Virus record (IMG/VR): IMGVR_UViG_3300048587_000101
Span: 1 to 24,152 of that record
Length of the DNA stretch: 24,152 nt
Origin: a virus
Lineage: Duplodnaviria; Caudoviricetes
Reading direction: 5' to 3' (one strand)
In this document: positions 18,531-24,152 of the stretch, in pieces
How the letters are laid out: each line of letters begins with the position of its first letter
Numbering within the stretch: position 1 is the stretch's first letter
Translations under genes and position numbers: made by a program
Notes under the pieces: generated by a model
Databases searched by the model: none
What the model was told of the DNA's origin: nothing
The model's input: the letters and a program-made list of their open reading frames with translations, nothing else

Positions 18531-18866
18531 ATGAACGTCCTGCAATACCTCGACTCGGCGCTGGTTCTGCTTGCGCCGATGCTGACCGACCTGATCGCCA
18601 CCGGTCTCTCTGCGCTGCTGGCGATCGTGCTCTTTGCCGTGCGCCGCTATGTCGGCCTGCGTGCCGAGGCCATCATGCGTGATGCGCTCAATCAGGCCAT
18701 CACCACGGGCGCCGCTCAGGCCCCTGCGAACGCGCCCATGGCCGAGGCGGTAAAGGCCGCTGTCGATTACGCCAAGCGATCGAGCCCGACCGCGATCAAG
18801 AAGCTCGGTGCGACCGAGGATGTGCTTCTCGACAAGGCCCGAGCGGCCATCAAGGCGTTGAAGTGA
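18531..18866 (+). CDS. Membrane protein in lysis cassette (possible second holin / lysis accessory)
   Basis: AAGGA RBS; N-terminal hydrophobic helix followed by RRY, then a helical soluble part; no Cys, so no lipobox. Confidence 0.65.
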   Translation: MNVLQYLDSALVLLAPMLTDLIATGLSALLAIVLFAVRRYVGLRAEAIMRDALNQAITTGAAQAPANAPMAEAVKAAVDYAKRSSPTAIKKLGATEDVLLDKARAAIKALK

Positions 18867-18962
18867 CGCCCCGCCAAGACTGGCCTTCGGGCTGGTGGAT
18901 CGCCCCTGCCTTGCTGGCGGGGGCGGTGATCTGGATCTGCATTCTGTGAATGAGGGAAAAAC

Positions 18963-19250
18963 ATGCCGAGAAATACCACAATCAACATTCCTGTAGGGCA
19001 GTGGGTGCTTGTGACAGATGCGGATGTGACTGCGGTCAGAATCCAAGTGCACGGTGCGTATGAGGCACGCTTTAAGGCGACGGTCGGCGCCGTCGCACCG
19101 ACCAGTATCGACGGCGCCATTCTGTTGTTGCCATATGGCGCGATTGCGGCTGACTTGACGTTGGCGCAGCTCTTCCCGGGAGTCCCCGGCGCAAACCGTG
19201 TCTACGTATACGCGGATATGCCTGTTGCCGTGAGCGTCAGCCATGCTTGA
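18963..19250 (+). CDS. Small beta-rich hypothetical protein, 95 aa
   Basis: GAGGG RBS; alternating hydrophobic strand pattern; 8-nt overlap with the next gene. Confidence 0.85.
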   Translation: MPRNTTINIPVGQWVLVTDADVTAVRIQVHGAYEARFKATVGAVAPTSIDGAILLLPYGAIAADLTLAQLFPGVPGANRVYVYADMPVAVSVSHA

Positions 19251-21165
19251 CCTCATGCGGCTGCGGTCGCCTTTCATCCTGCGGGCGCGGGGCGCGCAGT
19301 TGTATGATGCGCTCTCTTTGTTTGAGGGCGGATACGCTGGTCGTCTGATTGAGGCCACGCCGGAACACATGTATTCCGATGCTGGCGTAACCCCGGCGGC
19401 GATTGGCGAGGCGGTCCATTCGATCCGTGAGCAAGTGGGCGGCGGGCTGATTTCTCAGGCCACGCTGGCGGATCGAGGCATCCGCAGCACAACCGGGGTA
19501 GTGCTGGACGGTGCGAGCGACAAATACCCGACAGGTTGGACTGTGCCGGCCAGCGGGCCGTTCACGTTGCTGATGGCGTTTGACGTCGCCGCCGAACCCG
19601 CCGCCGCGACAAGTATGCTGTTTGGTGGGGTGCGCAGCGGTGTGTCGAACAGGTGCTCCTTTGTCATCACCAAGACCACGGGTGCCATGACGCTCCATCT
19701 TGGGGCGTCACAGCACAGCATATCAGGCGACTATCGCGGCCAAGCGTTGCCATTCGCCATGGTGCGAAACTCGGCGGCAACGTCGATCAGCGCCTATGTC
19801 GGGTCGTCGCTTGTCGTGACGGACAACACCGGGGCGGCGCTGTCTCCAAACCCGTTGATGATCGGCACGCGGGACGGAACGATCTCTGCGGCGGATTGGG
19901 CGAGCGGCACATTCCGGGGCATGATGACGATCAACCGGGAACTCACCGAAGCCCAGATCATGGCGGTCCTCGGGCGCTGGCAGCAAATCCTCGACAGCAC
20001 ATTCCAGCAACCGGCACCGCCATATTCCGTTGTGATGCACTACGGGCAAAGCAACTCGGTCGGCTTGGAAACCACGGCGGAAAGCATCTACACCAAGCAC
20101 GGCAACCGCAGCTTCGGCAAGTCTTTGGAGAGCTGGGTAGCTGAGAGCGATATTGGCGGCGTAGACCGCACCACGACGCAACTGCTACGTGAGCGTGTCT
20201 ATGAAAGCGGCATGAACCACGGCTTGGGACGGCTGGTTGACCGCAAGCTGGCCGAAATTGGCGAAACTGATTGGCGCATGCTGGGCAGGCGGTATTTCGC
20301 AATTCACCCAGGAGTGAACGGCGTGAATATCGAAACGCTGACCAACAGTGCGCACTGGGACCGGGCGGCGTTGGACATCAACGGGTCCAAAGTCGTGACT
20401 GGCGAGGATGCGACATTCGATTGGCTGTGGTGGGTTCATGGCTTCTCGAACGCTGGGGACGCGCGTGGGGCCTATGCGCCGAAGCTTGTAACGCTGATCG
20501 ACAAGGTGAAAACCCAAGGCGTGACGGCTGGCTATGCCGGTGCAAACCCTCGAACTGTCATCGGGCAAATGTGTCAATCTCGGCAAGCATCCGGGGGCTT
20601 CCCAAGCGTTAGCCTTAGTCAGCTTGCGGTGGCTGACGCAGACGCGACAGTCGATATATTCCCCCTGTATCAGGTGCAGTGGCGCAACGGCACGCACATG
20701 AGCACGCTCGGTCAGAAGATGAAGGGCGAATACTTCGCCAAAACGATGATGGACATCGAGGCTGGAACCCATGCCCCCGTGCGCTGGTCTGTGACGTCAT
20801 GGACTGACACCGAGATTGTTTTGGAAGTGACTGGCGGCACCGGAACCTATGCCTTCGACACTACGAATATCCCTGCCGTGGCGAATATGGGCTTCGACGT
20901 GTGGGCGTCTGACGACACCACGTTGCAGAACATCATCAGCGGCGTCTCACTTGTAGGGTCAGCCATCACGCTCAGCCTGTCCGCACCCGCTTCTGCCGGG
21001 TCACGCCTCGGCTATGGGTGGGGACGATCCGGCATGACGGTGCCGAATAACTCGCCATATGCGCTTGGCAACTTGCGTGACACCGATAGCAGGACGGCGC
21101 TGATTTCAGGGGCCAGTTATCCGCTGTATAACTGGTGCGTGATCATGGATGCGGTGAAGCCTTGA
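19243..21165 (+). CDS. LamG/ConA-like domain plus SGNH (SASA / sialate O-acetylesterase-like) domain protein
   Basis: N-half ends in a LamG-like pattern (LMIG...GTFRGMMTINRELTEAQI); YGQSNSVG block I, WWVHGFSN block III, NGTH block V. Confidence 0.75.
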   Translation: MLDLMRLRSPFILRARGAQLYDALSLFEGGYAGRLIEATPEHMYSDAGVTPAAIGEAVHSIREQVGGGLISQATLADRGIRSTTGVVLDGASDKYPTGWTVPASGPFTLLMAFDVAAEPAAATSMLFGGVRSGVSNRCSFVITKTTGAMTLHLGASQHSISGDYRGQALPFAMVRNSAATSISAYVGSSLVVTDNTGAALSPNPLMIGTRDGTISAADWASGTFRGMMTINRELTEAQIMAVLGRWQQILDSTFQQPAPPYSVVMHYGQSNSVGLETTAESIYTKHGNRSFGKSLESWVAESDIGGVDRTTTQLLRERVYESGMNHGLGRLVDRKLAEIGETDWRMLGRRYFAIHPGVNGVNIETLTNSAHWDRAALDINGSKVVTGEDATFDWLWWVHGFSNAGDARGAYAPKLVTLIDKVKTQGVTAGYAGANPRTVIGQMCQSRQASGGFPSVSLSQLAVADADATVDIFPLYQVQWRNGTHMSTLGQKMKGEYFAKTMMDIEAGTHAPVRWSVTSWTDTEIVLEVTGGTGTYAFDTTNIPAVANMGFDVWASDDTTLQNIISGVSLVGSAITLSLSAPASAGSRLGYGWGRSGMTVPNNSPYALGNLRDTDSRTALISGASYPLYNWCVIMDAVKP

Positions 21166-21305
21166 TGGCTTCCCCCCCGTCCCCCGCCTCCTGTATCATG
21201 ACAGCAGAGCGCGCCCCGGTGAGCATCAACGCGGGACGCGCTCTGACCGCCTTCTGGCGGGTTGCCGTTGGATGGCGTCAAGCGCCTCCACAACCGAACA
21301 ACTGA

Positions 21306-21530
21306 GGTGGCAATGCGCCCGTCCTGACATGGTCAACGGCCGCCGTTCGCAAGGGCAATACTAGACTGGAGGTCAGCACCTCGATCACTCCGCCGCGGAC
21401 CGTCGTCGCGACGATTCCGAAGGCTGCGCTGACACTTGGGGTGTGGAAACTACAGGCCCGGGCGGGCGCGACCGAGCCGCATGCACAGACCGTGTATGAT
21501 GGGAAGATTACGGTGCGGGACATCATCTGA
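21306..21530 (+). pseudogene. Possible 5'-truncated remnant of a beta-sandwich phage protein
   Basis: 74 open codons with no usable start: ...VVATIPKAALTLGVWKLQARAGATEPHAQTVYDGKITVRDII*. Confidence 0.35.
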
Positions 21531-21619
21531 CTCAAGCGGTCAGAGCCCTTCAATCGGTAGAATGCTGGGCAGCGCAGCGAAGATCAGTAGACGACCATCG
21601 CACTCTGGAGCTGGTTATT

Positions 21620-22339
21620 CTACTGATTGTTCTGGTCCGGCTCTTTGGTCTCGCCAACACTCTCGGTGGCATCCCCAGCCACGTAATCATCGGCTTCACC
21701 GATCACGGTATCATCGTCAGCATCCCGTGACGCCAGTTGTTGCGTCACACAATCCGCGATGACGGCAATCAGCGGCGACAGATCAAGGTTGCCCGCAGCG
21801 GCTGTTGCGTCGGCATGCTTGAGCGCACTTGTGTAGTTTGGGTGCTGCTTCAAAAGCGTGGTCATATTCTCTTTGCCTGGGAGCCAGCCGCCAGCCTTGA
21901 GGCAGATTGTGAAGTATGCTGCGGCCCTCGCAGTTCGACCATTCCCGTTAATGAATGGATGGATGGCGCAAAGACGCCACAGCACAAAGGCGGCAAGATT
22001 CAATGGGTCGGCGTTGTTCCAGTTCGCATTCACATAGTTGATGAAGTTGTCCATCAGCGCGTGCACGCGGAAGTAGTTTGGGGCGTGATAGGTGTCTGGG
22101 TGCCCCTCTGGACCAACGCGGACCTCGCAGGGCCGGAACTCGCCAGCATTGGTGTGCAGGCACGCGATGGCATGAAAATTCAGTGCCTTCAGGACGGCCT
22201 GCGACAGGAAAGCTTGCTGCGTGTCAATTGCGGCAGACACGATCGAAAGAAGGAAGCTGAATTGGCGATCCCCGTTGGAGATCGCCAAGGCTTGATAAGC
22301 AGGGTGAGCTTCTGAATCACTCAAATCAAACAGGATCAT
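21620..22339 (-). CDS. Fic-domain protein (putative toxin)
   Basis: HPFINGNGRTAR signature, AGEFR flap motif; acidic C-terminal tail. Confidence 0.95.
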   Translation of the reverse strand: MILFDLSDSEAHPAYQALAISNGDRQFSFLLSIVSAAIDTQQAFLSQAVLKALNFHAIACLHTNAGEFRPCEVRVGPEGHPDTYHAPNYFRVHALMDNFINYVNANWNNADPLNLAAFVLWRLCAIHPFINGNGRTARAAAYFTICLKAGGWLPGKENMTTLLKQHPNYTSALKHADATAAAGNLDLSPLIAVIADCVTQQLASRDADDDTVIGEADDYVAGDATESVGETKEPDQNNQ

Positions 22340-22355
22340 ACAGCGATCGCCTACC

Positions 22356-22556
22356 CTATGCCGCTTCGCCGTTCATCTTCTTGAGCTCCGCCTCGACCAT
22401 CTCCGAGGTGACCTTTGTCCGCTCATCGCTCACCGACGAGACGATGAACGATATCCGTTGCGCGTGTAGATCCTCAGCCGTAACCCCACGTCTTGCCGCC
22501 TCCTGCAGGCGGCGCAACAGTCCTGAATTCGATGCTAGGTTCATGTTGTTCAACAT
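22356..22556 (-). CDS. Small protein upstream of Fic, putative antitoxin (66 aa)
   Basis: ATG at 22556 preceded by AAAGGATGGAG; 16 nt upstream of fic; QRISFIVSSVSDER resembles the (S/T)xxxE(G/N) inhibitory helix. Confidence 0.7.
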   Translation of the reverse strand: MLNNMNLASNSGLLRRLQEAARRGVTAEDLHAQRISFIVSSVSDERTKVTSEMVEAELKKMNGEAA

Positions 22557-22792
22557 GGTCTCCATCCTTTGCCAGTTGGCACCAGTTGGATCTGGTGTCG
22601 AAATTCGTATGTGTAAAGGAAACCACAAGCCAAAGTGATTTGGCTACGGTTTTTCCCGCCTTCTGCCCGCGTTCGCGACAGATTGCCATAGAAAACGTGT
22701 ATAGAGGCTAAATGCAGCCGAAAGATGGCAGCGCCGCAGATAGCGGCCAAGGCGTTGCCCGGGCCGTTGTCTGTCAGCCATGGACCCTGAAG

Positions 22793-22821
22793 TTGACGCG
22801 ACCATCACAGAAACCTATTCC
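22793..22821 (+). promoter_or_regulatory. Possible sigma70 promoter
   Basis: TTGACG-N17-TATTCC ending 4 nt before ATG 22826. Confidence 0.4.
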
Positions 22822-22825
22822 ACGC

Positions 22826-23032
22826 ATGTGGACACAACGCCCGACGATCATTGGTGGCCGGTCTGATCCCGGAGACCGTGAGGGCCTGCGCAGCGGCGTG
22901 CCGGTCGGGCGCGTGTTTCAGGCAAGAAACATGCAGGGGCCCCGCAACTGGGTGTGCGACGCCTGGAACGATCGCGGGAGTGCGAGTTCCATGGCTGAAG
23001 CGCTAGCACCGGTTCGAGGCTCCGCGCTGTGA
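22826..23032 (+). CDS. Small hypothetical protein, 68 aa
   Basis: MWTQRPTIIGG...GVPVGRVF...; fills the gap between the Fic operon and SRAP; no RBS seen. Confidence 0.5.
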   Translation: MWTQRPTIIGGRSDPGDREGLRSGVPVGRVFQARNMQGPRNWVCDAWNDRGSASSMAEALAPVRGSAL

Positions 23033-23059
23033 TGCCTCATATTCACGATCAGGCGGCCA

Positions 23060-23683
23060 TCAAGTAAGGTAGAGGCGGCCTTGAAAGGGCCGCTGCATCC
23101 CCTTCGCCTCTGTCCACGGCGCGCGGATCCAGACGTCCCATTCTTCCGGCTCGATCAGGATCACCGGCATGGCCTTTGGATGGATGGGTGCGACCACGGC
23201 ATTGGGCTCGCAGGTCAGGAAACCAAAGAGGTCGTCGGTCGTCTCGCCGTCCTTCAGCTTGCGGATCGACGTCCAGCGCGGCACCCATATCCCGGCAAAG
23301 AATGCGGGTTGATCATCCGCCATCTCAAACCACGCATTCCCGGCACCTCGGCCGCCCGGCCTCGGTTCGGCGAATTTTGTGAAGGGAACGAGGCAGCGAT
23401 GCTCGGGGCCCAACCACCGCCGCCAATGGGGTGACCCAGTGTTGCGCACGTTGGTGACGCCGCGGTCGATGCCAGACGAGCTGTGGAACTGTGGCGGGGA
23501 AGGCAGACCCCACCGTGCCATCTGCAGCGCGAGGCCATCGCCATCGGATCGGATGATCGGCGCAATGCGGTCCGGATAGACGTCACCCGGCTCCAGGTTT
23601 CCTGCAAGGTTGATCCAGGTGCGGCCGGGAAACAGTTGCCGCATCGCGTCGACAGCCCGTGTTGAGGTGTAGAAGTTGCACAT
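23060..23683 (-). CDS. SRAP (SOS response-associated peptidase; YedK/HMCES family abasic-site processing protein)
   Basis: N-terminal MCN (catalytic Cys2), ARWGL, TNVRN, RCLVP..FAE, FAGIW, IHPKAMPVIL. Confidence 0.95.
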   Translation of the reverse strand: MCNFYTSTRAVDAMRQLFPGRTWINLAGNLEPGDVYPDRIAPIIRSDGDGLALQMARWGLPSPPQFHSSSGIDRGVTNVRNTGSPHWRRWLGPEHRCLVPFTKFAEPRPGGRGAGNAWFEMADDQPAFFAGIWVPRWTSIRKLKDGETTDDLFGFLTCEPNAVVAPIHPKAMPVILIEPEEWDVWIRAPWTEAKGMQRPFQGRLYLT

Positions 23684-23874
23684 CGTCAGGCCCTCTCATC
23701 GCGCCATATCCAACGCACAACCTGCGTGACCGGGCGCCTGACGGTCAAGCCCTGCAAATCCTTGGCGCTCGGCACACGGCACTGCATATCCATGTGCTCT
23801 GTTGTGCCGCAGCGCGAGCTTGGCGAAGGCTGACTAACGAAGTGTTCCTCGGTTCATTGAACTGGTGCAGACGT

Positions 23875-23889
23875 GAACAGATCACGAAA
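23875..23889. promoter_or_regulatory. Possible alphaproteobacterial LexA box
   Basis: GAAC-agatcac-GAAA, one mismatch from GAAC-N7-GAAC. Confidence 0.35.
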
Positions 23890-23955
23890 ACCGCCAACGT
23901 AAGCCGTTTAAATAGCGTTCCTTTTAACGAGTTTCCGCAGGTTGCGTGGGGGTGG

Positions 23956-24005
23956 CTTCGTTCACATCGAAGATGTCAGCGGTTCAAATCCGTTATCGCC
24001 CACCA
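23956..24005 (+). repeat. att site: 3' fragment of tRNA-Val(CAC), lacking the 5' acceptor strand and D arm
   Basis: CTTCG-TTCACAT-CGAAG anticodon arm, ATGTC, AGCGG-TTCAAAT-CCGTT T arm, ATCGCCC-A-CCA; upstream sequence has no GGGCGAT or D arm. Confidence 0.9.
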
Positions 24006-24021
24006 TCCATACGTCGAAGCG

Positions 24022-24052
24022 CCTCGGAACTTTCCGGGGGGTTTCGCATTTT
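24022..24052 (+). terminator. Terminator-like hairpin after the tRNA fragment (probably the host tRNA terminator)
   Basis: CCTCGGA-actt-TCCGGGG followed by GGTTTCGCATTTT. Confidence 0.5.
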
Positions 24053-24152
24053 GGGCCGTGCCTGCGGCACCTGTCCTGTTTTCTTCGTGGCGCAAAGCGG
24101 GTATTGCCCTGCGCACGGGGAAGTTGGAGACCCGCGCCGATGACGACAATCC

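Larger units (their letters stand above)
1..24005. mobile_element. Prophage (HK97-like siphovirus), late region and right end; continues off the left edge of the window
   Basis: Contiguous, mostly translationally coupled packaging-head-tail-lysis genes on +, followed by cargo genes and a tRNA 3' fragment typical of an att site. Confidence 0.96.

Noticed and set aside
13197-21165. Diversity-generating retroelement or invertible tail cassette
   Set aside because: No reverse transcriptase or invertase in the window, and no TR/VR pair or long inverted repeats noticed by eye.
21278-21762. ORFs 21278-21553 (-) and 21436-21762 (+)
   Set aside because: No RBS or recognisable motifs; the latter overlaps fic on the opposite strand.
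23844-23855. GTTC-ctcg-GTTC as a LexA box
   Set aside because: Spacer is 4 nt rather than 7.
23930-24005. Complete tRNA gene
   Set aside because: 5' acceptor strand and D arm are missing; treated as an att fragment.
23946-24143. 65-aa ORF across the att site
   Set aside because: Runs through the tRNA fragment and terminator; probably spurious.

Overview
Late-gene half and right-hand end of a temperate, HK97-like siphovirus prophage in a high-GC host (gene families and a possible LexA box suggest Alphaproteobacteria, probably Rhodobacteraceae; this is inference). On the + strand: HNH nuclease, cos-like region, terminase small and large subunits, portal, ClpP-type protease, major capsid, head-tail joining genes, tail tube, G/GT chaperone with a probable -1 frameshift, tape measure, tail-tip genes and a lysis cassette. 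A post-lysis pair follows: a 95-aa beta-rich protein and a 640-aa LamG-like/SGNH O-acetylesterase protein. Accessory cargo comes next: a Fic toxin with a small upstream antitoxin-like gene, a small orphan ORF and a SRAP gene. The element ends at the 3' part of a tRNA-Val(CAC) (23956-24005), the likely att site, followed by a terminator-like hairpin. No integrase is in the window. The most interesting items are the putative virion-displayed esterase module, the variant Fic/antitoxin pair, a signal-peptide-like N-terminus on the tail-tip protein, and a 56-aa coiled-coil gene flanked by a duplicated gene junction. All assignments come from reading motifs and gene order; no searches were run.
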